Positions 39,333-50,230 of a DNA stretch of 64,000 nt are shown here, piece after piece. A model generated the notes under the pieces. It worked only from the letters and a program-made list of their open reading frames with translations. It was not told where the DNA came from and searched no databases. A program made the position numbers and the translations under genes. The stretch's first letter is position 1. Each line of letters begins with the position of its first letter. Source of the DNA: a candidate division FCPU426 bacterium (GTDB taxonomy: Bacteria; Oederibacteriota; Muellerivitia; Muellerivitales; Muellerivitaceae). Location: the NCBI GenBank assembly GCA_963771075.1, contig CAVYSE010000003.1, positions 1 through 64,000 on the forward strand, written 5' to 3'.

Positions 39333-40916
39333 TTATAGGCTCACAAAACGCAAATCCTGAATTTGTGGAATACCCTTTAATTCAGCCAATACCTTCTCGG
39401 GGACCTCATTGTCCACGTTCACCATGGCAACAGCCTTACCGCCTACTTCCTGCCGCCCCACATGCAATCCCGCGATGTTTACCCCATTGTTTCCGAGGAT
39501 GGTTCCCAATTTTCCAACGATCCCCGGCTTATCTTGGTGTGCCATCCAGATCATGGGGCCCGAAGGGGTAAAATCCGTATTACTTCCGTCCAAATTAACG
39601 ATCCTCATCTCGGTCTTGCCGAAAACTGTTCCCGAAATGGAATGGCTTCCCTTTTCGTTCTTAATGGCTACGGTTAATAACGAAGAATAATCTTTCACGG
39701 TGTTATTGATGGTTTCCGTGATTTGAAATCCCTTTTCCTTGGCGATCACAAGCGCGTTGACGTAATTGACACCGCCTTTCATCCCTTTATCCAGGATACC
39801 CTTGACTAGGCTTAAGGTTAAGGGTTTCAGGTCAAATTTGGCGATTTCACCGTTATATTCCACATGGATATCACGGATATAGGATTCAGCCAGCTGGGAA
39901 TGAAAGGAACCGATTTTTTCCATCAGGTCCAGATAAGGTTTCAATTCCTCAAGAATTTTTGGATCCATGGAAGGCATGTTGATGGCGTTTCGGACCCGCC
40001 CTCCCTTAAGGGCTTCCACCATTTGTTCCGCCACCACGACCGCCACATTGACTTGGGCTTCCTGGGTGGCCGCACCCAAATGCGGCACAAATACCACGTT
40101 ATTTAGGTTCAGGAGGGGACTGTCAAAGGGCGGTTCCTTCTCGAACACATCCAAGGCGGCTCCCGCCACCTGGCCACTCACCAAAGCGTCATGGAGGGCT
40201 TTTTCATCAATGATTCCCCCCCTTGCGCAATTGATGAGGCGCACGCCCTTCCTCATCTTGGCGATTTGGGCGGTCCCCAAAAGGCCCTTGGTTTCTTTCG
40301 TTAAAGGCGTGTGCACCGTGATGAAATCGGATCTTACGATCAGGTTGTCCAGCGTCACGATCTCAAACTCATGTCCCTGGGCCCGCGCCGGGTCGAGAAA
40401 GGGGTCGTAACCGATGACATTCATTCCCAAGCCCCGGGCTTTCCGCGCCACGTTGGTGCCAATCCGGCCCATCCCCACCACACCCAAGGTCTTCTCATTT
40501 AATTCACATCCGGTGAAATTGGTCCTTTCCCACCTTTTCTCCCGAAGGGATTGCATGGCTTGCGGGATCATCCGGGCCATCGACATCAACATGGCCACGG
40601 TATGTTCCGCGGTGGAAATGGTGTTTCCGTCCGGGGTATTCATAACGATGATCCCCCGTTTCGTGGCGGCCTCGATATCGACATTATCGACCCCGACCCC
40701 TGCCCGTCCGATGACCTTTAAATCCGGCGCGGCCTGGATCAAGTCTGCGGTCACCGTAGTACCGCTTCGGATGACCCAAGCATGAAATCCCGGGAGGATG
40801 GCTTTCAATTGTTCGGGAGTTTTTTTTAGGTGTTCTTCCACCTGAAAATCTTTCTCCCTTGTGAAAACTTCCATACCCTGCTCGGACAAAGCGTCAGTGA
40901 CAAGGACCTTAATCAT
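39333..40916 (-). CDS. serA: D-3-phosphoglycerate dehydrogenase
   Basis: GRAGVGVDNVD, GMGRIG, NCARGG, PHLGAAT, C-terminal ACT domain. Confidence 0.96.
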   Translation of the reverse strand: MIKVLVTDALSEQGMEVFTREKDFQVEEHLKKTPEQLKAILPGFHAWVIRSGTTVTADLIQAAPDLKVIGRAGVGVDNVDIEAATKRGIIVMNTPDGNTISTAEHTVAMLMSMARMIPQAMQSLREKRWERTNFTGCELNEKTLGVVGMGRIGTNVARKARGLGMNVIGYDPFLDPARAQGHEFEIVTLDNLIVRSDFITVHTPLTKETKGLLGTAQIAKMRKGVRLINCARGGIIDEKALHDALVSGQVAGAALDVFEKEPPFDSPLLNLNNVVFVPHLGAATQEAQVNVAVVVAEQMVEALKGGRVRNAINMPSMDPKILEELKPYLDLMEKIGSFHSQLAESYIRDIHVEYNGEIAKFDLKPLTLSLVKGILDKGMKGGVNYVNALVIAKEKGFQITETINNTVKDYSSLLTVAIKNEKGSHSISGTVFGKTEMRIVNLDGSNTDFTPSGPMIWMAHQDKPGIVGKLGTILGNNGVNIAGLHVGRQEVGGKAVAMVNVDNEVPEKVLAELKGIPQIQDLRFVSL

Positions 40917-40936
40917 TTTCTCCCCTTATTTAGGTT

Positions 40937-42091
40937 TTATAGATTTTCTTCGAGCAGTACCTGCAGGGATGCCTTGACTCCCGTTCCCAGGGCGACCTTT
41001 ATTCCCAGCTTCGTGAGAATCATTTCCAAACGGGCTATCGCGAGGATCGTGTCAGACCCATCCACATATCCCAGATGGCCGATCCGGAAGATCTTTCCCT
41101 TGGCCGGTCCCTGACCCCCGGCAATGCTGATTCCGTAATTATCCCGGTAGGCCTTGTTGATGAGGCCGCTGTCCACCCCATCGGGAGAGATCACGGAGGT
41201 CACGGCGGGAGAAGGGGCCGTGGGGGCATAAAGCTTGAGTCCCAAGGCCTCCACTCCGGCGCGGGTGGCGCGGGCCAGCCCAGCGTGACGTTTCCATATG
41301 TTTTCCATCCCCTCCTGGTGAATCAACTCCAAGGCTTTTTTCAGCTGGATGATCAGCGAGATGGCCGGGGTAAAGGGGGTATCGGGCATCTTTTCCTCGG
41401 TCAATTTTTTCAGGGCTTTTTCGTAGCTGAAATAAAATTTCGGATTTTTCGAGCTTTTACTTTTCTCGATTGCGGCCGGGTTTATCGAAGTGAAGCTCAA
41501 GCCGGGGGGAATCATGAAGCCTTTTTGAGATCCCGAAACAACTACGTCCAGTCCCCAGGCATCCGTTTCACAGGGAGCGGCGCCCAAACCGGAAACCGCA
41601 TCCACCACGATCAAAGCCCCCGCCGCATGAGCGATCTTTGCCAAAGACTGCACGTCATTTATATTTCCGGTGGCTGTTTCATTGAGGGTGGTGAATACCA
41701 TCTTGATTTCAGGGCTGGCTTTGAGTCTCTTTTCAACCTCCGAAGGATCCACAGCCTTTCCCCACTCACACTCGTAGTAATCAGTTTGAACGCCATAAAC
41801 CTTACAAATGTCATTCCAGCGTTTCCCGAACCAGCCAGACGAGGCGACCAGAACCTTCTCTCCGGGCGATGTCAAGTTGGCGACCGCCGCTTCCATGGCT
41901 CCAGTCCCGACTGAGGAGAAGGTTATGACAGGATTCTTGGTACGATAGAATGCTTGGAGCCCTTCGGAAGCAACCTTGAAGAGGGCCTGAAAACCGGGTG
42001 TGCGGTGATGAGGAATAGGCATACTGGCTTCTGCTAACACTTCAGGAGGAATCGCGGTGGGTCCTGGGGCCATAATGAACTTTTTCTTCAT
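40937..42091 (-). CDS. class V PLP aminotransferase (serine-pyruvate/alanine-glyoxylate type)
   Basis: PGPT, GTGAME, DAVSG, SGSQKGFMIPPG, RIGHLG. Confidence 0.93.
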   Translation of the reverse strand: MKKKFIMAPGPTAIPPEVLAEASMPIPHHRTPGFQALFKVASEGLQAFYRTKNPVITFSSVGTGAMEAAVANLTSPGEKVLVASSGWFGKRWNDICKVYGVQTDYYECEWGKAVDPSEVEKRLKASPEIKMVFTTLNETATGNINDVQSLAKIAHAAGALIVVDAVSGLGAAPCETDAWGLDVVVSGSQKGFMIPPGLSFTSINPAAIEKSKSSKNPKFYFSYEKALKKLTEEKMPDTPFTPAISLIIQLKKALELIHQEGMENIWKRHAGLARATRAGVEALGLKLYAPTAPSPAVTSVISPDGVDSGLINKAYRDNYGISIAGGQGPAKGKIFRIGHLGYVDGSDTILAIARLEMILTKLGIKVALGTGVKASLQVLLEENL

Positions 42092-42239
42092 GGGAAACCT
42101 CTTTTCTTCCCTTGCGGGCCTCAAATTAAATGACAGTTCAGATCAAACACCCAGTTGGGCACTCCCCAATTTTTCAAGAATCTCGTTAGTTTAGCTATCG
42201 ACCTAGGGGAGTCAAGTGAGTTTCAACAATATTTGAATT

Positions 42240-43079
42240 TTATGAAATAAGCGAGGATGTCTTTAAAAATATGTTAATTCGTTTGCCCACTTCTTCCGGT
42301 CTTTCATGAGCCAGAAGATGTCCCGCCCCTGCAAGACACTCAATCTTGGCGTTAGGGCAGTTTTTACGAAATGCCTCCTGGCTGTTTTTCGAAAAAACGT
42401 TGGAATGTTCGCCCCATAAAACAAGTGTCGGAACCCTCAAATGACGAACTGAGCGCCAAACATTCGTCGGGATGGTTTGGTAAATTCGGGCCTCCCATTC
42501 AGGCGGATAGGCCAATTCCACTCCCCCTCCAGGGGAGGGACAGGTGATACTTTGGGCGTAAGAGCGAACTGTTTCCCGGGGCCAGAGTTTAAACAAGGGC
42601 TTTTCCTTGAAATAGAGAAAGGCCTCCCGACGTGTCTTCCAATGCCGATGTCTTCGCAAGGCACCCTCAACCAATCCCTTGCGATATTCCCACCCAAATA
42701 TCCGCGCTATCCTTATGCGGAGCAACCGGGCCGGATCCAAAAGTGTCGGGTCCAATAGGATTAATCGGCTAAACAAGTCGGGTCTTTTCACCGCCGCATA
42801 AAGGGTCACGACGCCCCCCAAGCTATGGCCAACCGCGGGAATATTTCGGGCGCGAATGGAGTCTAATCCTCTTATTAAATCGTCCGCGAAAAGACCCCAA
42901 TGTTTTAACTGGGCAGGATCCGCCCGAGGCCAAAGCGGGCGGACTCTCAACGACACTACTTGATATTCTCCCCGAAGTGGCCGGAAAACCTTTTTATAAG
43001 TGGGTGGAAGAAAACCATTGGCGTGCGAAAGGTGCAATATCGGTTTAGAGGATTTGCGGCAGAAGTGGTAAAAGTCCAA
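42240..43079 (-). CDS. alpha/beta hydrolase
   Basis: HANGF, GHSLGG, AGHLL. Confidence 0.88.
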   Translation of the reverse strand: MDFYHFCRKSSKPILHLSHANGFLPPTYKKVFRPLRGEYQVVSLRVRPLWPRADPAQLKHWGLFADDLIRGLDSIRARNIPAVGHSLGGVVTLYAAVKRPDLFSRLILLDPTLLDPARLLRIRIARIFGWEYRKGLVEGALRRHRHWKTRREAFLYFKEKPLFKLWPRETVRSYAQSITCPSPGGGVELAYPPEWEARIYQTIPTNVWRSVRHLRVPTLVLWGEHSNVFSKNSQEAFRKNCPNAKIECLAGAGHLLAHERPEEVGKRINIFLKTSSLIS

Positions 43080-43091
43080 TGGATTCAGCCG

Positions 43092-44359
43092 TCAGGCTGT
43101 GTTCTCGCCCCGGCCCTTCTGATAGACCAGGATGGGTTCTTCTTTTTTTAGGATAACACCTTCGGTAATGACGGTTTCCTTGATGTCTTTACGGGAAGGA
43201 ATCTCATACATCAAATCCATCATGACGTCTTCCAGGATCGCTCTTAAACCCCTGGCACCTGATTGGCGTTTAATGGCTTCCCGGGCGACCGCCTGCAAGG
43301 CCTCGGGGGTGAATTTCAGTTTCACATTCTCCATCTCGAAATAACGGTGATACTGCTTGGTCAAGGCATTCTTAGGTTCGGTCAAAACGCGTACCAAAGA
43401 ATTCTCGTCCAATTCGTTCAAAGCCGCCATAACCGGGAGACGGCCAATAAACTCTGGGATCAACCCGAATTTGATGAGGTCCTCGGGCTGGGTCAAATCA
43501 AACAGCTCGCCCAACTTTTTTTCCTGACGGCTGAGGGTTTCTCCTTTGAATCCGATGGAACGCCGGCCCAAACGATTCTCGATGATTTTTTCCAGCCCCA
43601 CAAATGCGCCGCCACAGATGAATAGGATATTCGAGGAATCAACCTTGATGTATTCCTGGTGGGGGTGCTTACGACCACCTTGGGGGGGACATTGACCTCG
43701 GTCCCCTCGATGATTTTAAGTAGTGCCTGTTGAACGCCCTCCCCCGAAACATCACGGGTGATACTGGGATTTTCGGATTTGCGGCTAATCTTATCAATTT
43801 CATCAATATAAATAATGCCCCGTTGGGCTTTTTGGACATCGAACTCGGCGTTCTGGAGAAGCTTCAAAATAATATTTTCCACATCTTCGCCAACATAACC
43901 CGCCTCGGTGAGGGTGGTGGCGTCGGCCACGGCAAAGGGTACATCCAAAATGCGGGCCAGGGTTTGCGCTAGTAAAGTCTTTCCCACCCCCGTTGGGCCG
44001 ATCAAAAGCACATTGCTTTTCTGCAGTTCCACCTCTTGAGGCCCGGTCTTGACGGTTAAACGCTTGTAGTGGTTATGGACCGCAACCGAAAGGATGCGCT
44101 TAGCCTTTTCCTGGCCGATCACGTACTGATCCAGGACATCCTTGATTTCAACCGGACGCGGAATGGTCAAACGGGGCTTGGGAGCACCCGACTTGGGTTC
44201 CTCGGTCTTTTCCTCTTCCCTGAGAATGTCGTTACATAAGGCGACACACTCATTGCAGATGTAAACAGTGGGACCGGCAACGAGCTTTTTGACCTCTTCC
44301 TGGCTTTTACCGCAAAAAGAACATCTTAAAAGGTTTGTCTTGTCCCGGTCGCCAGGCAT
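43092..44359 (-). CDS. clpX: ATP-dependent Clp protease ATP-binding subunit; frameshift ~43680-43688
   Basis: CSFCGK zinc finger, [13 protein letters not shown]; +1 base restores NVPPxGGRKHP…ILFICGGAF. Confidence 0.96.
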
Positions 44360-44369
44360 ATCGTTCCTT

Positions 44370-44970
44370 TTATTTTTTCTTGGATTCGGGTCGTTTGACC
44401 AGAATATCGTCGATGACCCCGTAGGTTTTCGCCTCTTCCGAGGACATGAAATAATCCCTTTCTACGTCCAATGCGATTTTATCCAGTGGTTTGACCGGTA
44501 TGGTGCGACAAAAGCTTGTTTAAACGTTCTCGGGTTTTAATAATTTCCTTTGCCTGAATCTCGATATCCGTGGCTTGTCCCTGGGCGCCGCCCGAGGGTT
44601 GATGTATCATGATCTGGGCGTTAGGCAGGGCGAATCTTTTTCCTTTCGCGCCAGAGGCCAGGAGCACCGCCCCCATAGAAGCGGCCTGCCCCACGCAAAT
44701 GGTGGAAACCGGGGCCTTCATGAACTGGATAGTATCGTAAATCGCCAGACCTGAAGTGACCACGCCCCCCGGGCTATTGATATAGAGATTAATATCCTTG
44801 TCCGGATCCTCCGATTCCAAAAACAACAGCTGGGCGATGATGGTATTGGCCACATCGTCATTAATGGGAGTTCCCAGCATGACGATGCGATCTTTTAACA
44901 GGCGGGAATAGATGTCATAGGACCTTTCCCCACGGTTAGTTTGTTCAACCACTATCGGTATGAGCGCCAT
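44370..44970 (-). CDS. clpP: Clp protease proteolytic subunit; frameshift ~44490
   Basis: [24 protein letters not shown]; -1 base gives [18 protein letters not shown]…KK*. Confidence 0.96.
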
Positions 44971-44992
44971 CCTATCCTCCGTTCTACTTGGG

Positions 44993-46276
44993 TTAAGCGG
45001 CTTCGATTGTGGCCGAGGAAATTAAAAAATCCAAGGTCTTTTCATATTGGATCCATTCCTTGACCGATTCGACGCGGTTTTGTTGTTGAAGATACTGTTT
45101 TACCGATTCGGGCGTTTGCTGAGAACCGGCGGCAATCCTGACCAAATAGGCGTCGTAATCCTTCGATTCGCAAACAATTTTTTCCGCATCGGATATTTTT
45201 TCTACTAAAAGGGCCATGTGAACGTTTTTCTGGGCCACAGGCCGAAGGGATTCCACGAATTCCTTCTTTTGGGCTTCAGTCCATTTGCCCGCATCCACGC
45301 CTTGGTTTTTCAGTTTTTCCACACCCTGTTGGATTAATCGCTGCTGTTCCAAAATCACCAGGGAGAGGGGTACCTCGATTGGATGGTCCGCCATCAGCTT
45401 TTCGGCGATTTGTTCTATCATCTTAGTTCGTTGTTCCACTTCCTTATGAGTCTTCAAGTCAATCGCTACCCTTTCTTTCATCTCCTTAAGCGTTGCGAAC
45501 TTGCCTACTTTCATGGCGAAAGAGTCATCGAGGTCGGCCAATTTCTTTTCTTTGATATCTTTAATGGTCACAGTGAATTCGGCCTCTTTGCCCTGGATCT
45601 TTTCGTTCCCGTAACCCTGAGGAAAGGTGATCTTGAAGACCTTTGTCTCTCCCTTCTTCAAACCAATAAGATTCGTCTCAAAATCTTTCAATAGGCTCGC
45701 GCTCCCAAGGAGGACCGGATACCGATTGGCTTTCCCCCCCTCAAAAACATTTCCGTCAATCCGGCCTTCAAAATCAATCACCACCAAATCGTCATTTTGG
45801 GCCGATCGAGCCTCAACGGGGATAAAATCCGCCTGCTGTTGGCGGATAGTTTCGATGGTTTTGTCCACTTCCTCCGCATCCACGCTGGTTTTTTCTTTTT
45901 TGACCTTCAAACCCTTATATTCTTTCAAAATGAAAACCGGCTTCACTTCCACGGAAGCCATTATTTTCATTGAAGAGCCTTCTTCAAATTGATAGTGCGT
46001 GATGCGAGGCTGGGCCACAGGATCAATCTTCTTTTCAATTAATGCTTCCCTAAGAAACTCGGGCAATTGATGTTGAACCATTTCGTCGCGAACATTTGTT
46101 TTATATTCTTTTTTTACGACATTCAATGGCACCTTCCCCTTGCGGAATCCCGGCAATTTGGCTTCCCGGGTTATTTTCGAGTAAATTTCATCCACTCTTT
46201 TTTGGACTTCCTCCGTCGGGATTTCGACCTCGATTTCCCTGGCACAACTGGAAACTTCGTTCACGTTGACTTTCAC
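44993..46276 (-). CDS. tig: trigger factor
   Basis: [13 protein letters not shown] domain; GTG start after AGGAG. Confidence 0.95.
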   Translation of the reverse strand: MKVNVNEVSSCAREIEVEIPTEEVQKRVDEIYSKITREAKLPGFRKGKVPLNVVKKEYKTNVRDEMVQHQLPEFLREALIEKKIDPVAQPRITHYQFEEGSSMKIMASVEVKPVFILKEYKGLKVKKEKTSVDAEEVDKTIETIRQQQADFIPVEARSAQNDDLVVIDFEGRIDGNVFEGGKANRYPVLLGSASLLKDFETNLIGLKKGETKVFKITFPQGYGNEKIQGKEAEFTVTIKDIKEKKLADLDDSFAMKVGKFATLKEMKERVAIDLKTHKEVEQRTKMIEQIAEKLMADHPIEVPLSLVILEQQRLIQQGVEKLKNQGVDAGKWTEAQKKEFVESLRPVAQKNVHMALLVEKISDAEKIVCESKDYDAYLVRIAAGSQQTPESVKQYLQQQNRVESVKEWIQYEKTLDFLISSATIEAA

Positions 46277-46308
46277 AAGATCTCCTTGAGTGTTTTCTAA
46301 AGAATAAA

Positions 46309-46393
46309 TGGTGCGAGGGGGGGGAGTCGAACCCCCATGGGTTACCCCGCCAGATCCTAAGTCTGGTGCGTCTGCCAGTTTCGCCACCCTCGC
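46309..46393 (-). tRNA. tRNA-Leu (TAG)
   Basis: GCGAGGG acceptor stem, CCAGA-CTTAGGA-TCTGG anticodon arm, long variable arm, GGTTCGACTCC, encoded CCA; usual position before tig. Confidence 0.96.
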
Positions 46394-46824
46394 TTAAAAA
46401 ATTTAATTAAAGGAAAGTGGCACGTTCCAAAATCCTTTATTAATTTATTATGTCCTTTATGGGACGCCACCCGCGCCCTGATCCACAGCAAAATTTCGTT
46501 TGCTCCTTAAATTTAAGGAGGGTGGCATAAAACCAATCCCCTAAACTTTAATCCCAAATGGGGTGTAAAACCCCCGCAAATCGTTTGGCAAAATACATTA
46601 TCGCCAAAATCAGGAATTAGAAGGGCAGCATCACCTTAACATGCTTATTTGAAGCTTTTAAGCCTCTCAAAGAATGAATTTCCAACATTTCAATCGGGAA
46701 TATCTTAAACGAGCCCAAAGCTGCACGCAAATGAAGAGGCGACATTTTGGCTAAAATTAGCTGGCTTTCAAGTGTATAAAGGTCTAAGAATATTTATAAA
46801 GAATCGGTTTCAAGAGGTTGGCCC

Positions 46825-48423
46825 ATGAGCGAAACATCCCAAGTCGATTTGGTGATCCTAGGCGGTGGCATCAACGGCGCGGGAACGGCTTATCAGGCCG
46901 CCCAGGCGGGTCTTTCGGTCGTCCTTTTCGAGAAGGGTGATTTCGGTTCTGGGACCTCCAGTAAATCCACTAAACTGATTCACGGTGGCATCCGATACCT
47001 GGAACAATTCCGCTTTTCGCTTGTTTTCGAGTCTTTGAGGGAACGTTACCGGCTCCTCCAAACCGCACCCCACCTAGTCCAACCTCTTTCCTTCTTGTTG
47101 CCCTGCTATGAGGGTGACCGCAATCCTCCATGGATGCTCAAAATCGGTCTTTGGCTTTATGATGTCTTAGCGGGGTCTCACCGGATTGCTTTTCACCAGT
47201 GGTTTTCCAAAAAAAAATCCCTTCAGATCGCCCCTTTTTTAAAACCGGAAGGTCTGAAGGGTTGCGGCCTTTATTTTGACGCTCAGGTCAATGACGCCCG
47301 CTTGGTTCTGGAAAATATACTCGGAGCCGAAGAAAACGGAGCTATTTGTTGGAACTATCGGCCAGTCACACAACTAGACAAGACAGACGATGGTTATCAC
47401 GTCTTTTATAAGGATAAAAAAACTGGAAAGACGGGGGTTGTTAAGGCCAGGTGTTTGCTTAACGCAACCGGTCCATGGGCCAACCAGACATCCAAAATTT
47501 TGGGAGAGGATGGGGTCGTGCTGGTTAGGCCCACCCGGGGAAGCCATATCGTGGTACCACAGGTGATTCCAAATCACGCGGTTCTCATTACTACCCCGAA
47601 GGAAAACCGGATTATTTTCATTATTCCTTGGCAGGGTTTCAGCCTTGTGGGAACTACCGACTTGGATGACACGGTTGATCCGGATCAAGTCAAACCCGCC
47701 GAGGAGGAAATCCAATACCTTCTGGACCAGGCCAGCCGTGTTTTCCCGGGTCAAACCTGGGAAAGGAGCCAGGTCATTTCCGCCTTCGCAGGGCTCCGCC
47801 CCCTCGCCTTTTCAACGGGAAACAGCACTTCCTCCGTTTCCCGGGAAGACCGCATCCTTTCGGAAGGCCGTTTGGTGACCATTATTGGTGGAAAATTGAC
47901 GACTTACCGTTCCATGGCCCTAAAAGCCCTCCATAAAATCATCACGATACTTGGAACCAAGACTATTCTCCCCCTTTCCATTCGCCTTCCCGGAACACCT
48001 ATGATGCCCTGGGCCGAGTTTTTGATCCATCAAACCAACCAGGCCCGTGAGAAATATTCCCTGACTCCAGAAACAGCGGAACATTTAGTCAGGTTATATG
48101 GCCAAAGGGTTGAAAAGATTTTTGAACTTTTGGATGAAAATCCCAACTGGACCGAAAGACTTCACCCCAATCGCCCCGAAATACTGGCCCAGGTCGTCCT
48201 CGCGGTTCGCTATGAGAAGGCCCACCATTTGGAAGATGTCCTTTTAAGGCGCCTGGAGATCGGTTATAGCTCGGAACGCTGGGGAGAAGCCTCCCAAAAA
48301 ACCGCTCTTTGCATGGGTGCCCTATTAGGATGGCCGGAAATCCAGGTGAAAGAAGAATTATCCCGTTATCGCCATAAGCTATTCCCTTCACCTGCTGATG
48401 ATCCCTCGGATAATCATGTCTAA
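46825..48423 (+). CDS. glpD: FAD-dependent glycerol-3-phosphate dehydrogenase
   Basis: GGGINGAG, GTSSKSTKLIHGGIRYL, GGKLTTYR. Confidence 0.93.
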   Translation: MSETSQVDLVILGGGINGAGTAYQAAQAGLSVVLFEKGDFGSGTSSKSTKLIHGGIRYLEQFRFSLVFESLRERYRLLQTAPHLVQPLSFLLPCYEGDRNPPWMLKIGLWLYDVLAGSHRIAFHQWFSKKKSLQIAPFLKPEGLKGCGLYFDAQVNDARLVLENILGAEENGAICWNYRPVTQLDKTDDGYHVFYKDKKTGKTGVVKARCLLNATGPWANQTSKILGEDGVVLVRPTRGSHIVVPQVIPNHAVLITTPKENRIIFIIPWQGFSLVGTTDLDDTVDPDQVKPAEEEIQYLLDQASRVFPGQTWERSQVISAFAGLRPLAFSTGNSTSSVSREDRILSEGRLVTIIGGKLTTYRSMALKALHKIITILGTKTILPLSIRLPGTPMMPWAEFLIHQTNQAREKYSLTPETAEHLVRLYGQRVEKIFELLDENPNWTERLHPNRPEILAQVVLAVRYEKAHHLEDVLLRRLEIGYSSERWGEASQKTALCMGALLGWPEIQVKEELSRYRHKLFPSPADDPSDNHV

Positions 48424-48554
48424 TGGGTATTGGTCACCGTTATTACCTTGATATTTCCCCCGTTCTTATTGACTTATTTACCTGTGAAAACTTAAGTTAA
48501 CTTCTCTTCTCGAACGAATCCGTCAACATCGCATTTTATTTTTGGAGGAATCCC

Positions 48555-49481
48555 ATGGAAAAAGTCGTCATCATCGGATCAGGCCCTGCTGGCTATACGG
48601 CGGCCCTTTACACATCCCGGGCCAACTTGAACCCTTTATTGATTGACGGCCCTCAACCGGGCGGCCAATTGACAACCACCACCGAGATCGAGAATTTCCC
48701 AGGTTTCCCGGAGGGCATTCAAGGTCCGCAACTAATGGAAAATATGAAACAGCAAGCGGCTCGATTCGGCACCCGCTATAAAACCGGCCTGGTTACTAAA
48801 ACCGATCTATCCAACCGTCCTTTCAAAATATGGGTGGATGAAACCGAAATGATTGAAACTGAGGCCCTCATCATCGCCACCGGAGCTTCCGCTAAATACG
48901 GTGGGGTACCCCGTGAGACCGAATTGATCGGCCGGGGCGTTTCCGCCTGCGCGACCTGTGACGGCTTTTTCTTCAAGAACCACGATATCGCGGTGGTGGG
49001 GGGAGGAGATTCAGCCATGGAAGAGGCCGGTTTTCTCACCAAATTTGCCAATTCAGTCACGCTCATCCATCGGCGTGAAGAATTCCGGGCTTCCAAGATC
49101 ATGTTGGAGCGGGCAAAGGCCAATCCCAAGATCAAGTGGATGATGAACACGGTCATTACCGAATTGTTGGGAGACCAGGAGCTTACCGGAATGAAGGTGA
49201 AAAATGTCAAAACCAATGAGAAAAATACCCTGTCCCTAACGGGTCTCTTTTTCGCCATCGGGCACAAACCCAATACTGATATATTCAAGGGTCAATTGGA
49301 TATGGACGAGGTGGGATACTTGAAACTTCCCAAACCACCCTACACGATGACGAACATCCAGGGTGTTTTTGCGGCAGGTGACGTGGCGGACCACTACTAC
49401 CGCCAGGCGATCTCAGCGGCGGGTATGGGGTGCATGGCTGCGATTGAGGCCGAGCGCTGGTTATCCGCCCAGGAAAAGTAA
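48555..49481 (+). CDS. trxB: thioredoxin reductase
   Basis: GSGPAG, CATCDG, GGGDSA, AAGDV. Confidence 0.97.
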   Translation: MEKVVIIGSGPAGYTAALYTSRANLNPLLIDGPQPGGQLTTTTEIENFPGFPEGIQGPQLMENMKQQAARFGTRYKTGLVTKTDLSNRPFKIWVDETEMIETEALIIATGASAKYGGVPRETELIGRGVSACATCDGFFFKNHDIAVVGGGDSAMEEAGFLTKFANSVTLIHRREEFRASKIMLERAKANPKIKWMMNTVITELLGDQELTGMKVKNVKTNEKNTLSLTGLFFAIGHKPNTDIFKGQLDMDEVGYLKLPKPPYTMTNIQGVFAAGDVADHYYRQAISAAGMGCMAAIEAERWLSAQEK

Positions 49482-49528
49482 AATTACAAAGTTTGAACCC
49501 ACCCGTTGAGCTTTTCGCTTCTCCCGCC

Positions 49529-50179
49529 TTATTTTGGGGGAAGCTGTAATTTGGGCGGAAGATGCAATTCCGTCTTTTGAACGATCGGCGGGGTATCCTT
49601 GAGTTCCCTATCCGTTTCCGCTTCGGGCAGGCTTAACCGCATCGAATCCAATTCATCCAGATTGGTCTTGAGAGCCCGACAAAGGGTTTCGTTGGATTTG
49701 GAAATCTCAAACTCACGGTAGGCTTTTTCAAGCGGATCCTGGCTTTCCATTTTATGGTAAAAATTTTCGGAAGCTTGATGTCCTAACCCGATTCCAATCC
49801 CCTCAATCGCCATTCGCTGCCATCTTTTGATACGGTAATAAAAGTCGTGTTCATGTGAGTGTTCAAAAATTTTTTGCCCTTCCTGGATCAAAAAACCGAG
49901 GTAGGCTTTGAAAAAGTTGACCGAAGTCTTGTCAAAACTTTCTTTTTGTCTTAAGGAATGCTCGATAAAACCCGCCCCCATTAGGGCCAGCCAAGCGATG
50001 ACCCATGCATACCAGGGAACCCAGGCGGCCCATTTGGAATCAAAATCGGGATTGGCGGAGGGTTGAGCCATGGACAGGATGATCCAACCGATCTGTAAAA
50101 GCCCGAGGGCGATAACGTAAAAGGGGCGTGGTAGGGCCGCTAAGATGATTCCCAAACGCACTTTGATCCATTTAGGCAT
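49529..50179 (-). CDS. hypothetical membrane protein
   Basis: 216-aa ORF with two N-terminal TMs, filling the gap. Confidence 0.6.
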   Translation of the reverse strand: MPKWIKVRLGIILAALPRPFYVIALGLLQIGWIILSMAQPSANPDFDSKWAAWVPWYAWVIAWLALMGAGFIEHSLRQKESFDKTSVNFFKAYLGFLIQEGQKIFEHSHEHDFYYRIKRWQRMAIEGIGIGLGHQASENFYHKMESQDPLEKAYREFEISKSNETLCRALKTNLDELDSMRLSLPEAETDRELKDTPPIVQKTELHLPPKLQLPPK

Positions 50180-50230
50180 AACGGGATTGTAGCGAACGGC
50201 CCTCCAATAGGAAACAGGGCAACACCCGGA

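Noticed and set aside
43092..44970. clpX/clpP as pseudogenes or programmed frameshifts
   Set aside because: Single indels in short runs with otherwise intact sequence; the same pattern recurs across the window
46277..46387. 37-aa N-terminal extension of trigger factor
   Set aside because: Reads through the tRNA-Leu gene; the RBS supports GTG 46276
46418..46435. TGGCAC as a sigma54 promoter
   Set aside because: No TTGC at -12; the dyad at 57162 is also off by one base for sigma54
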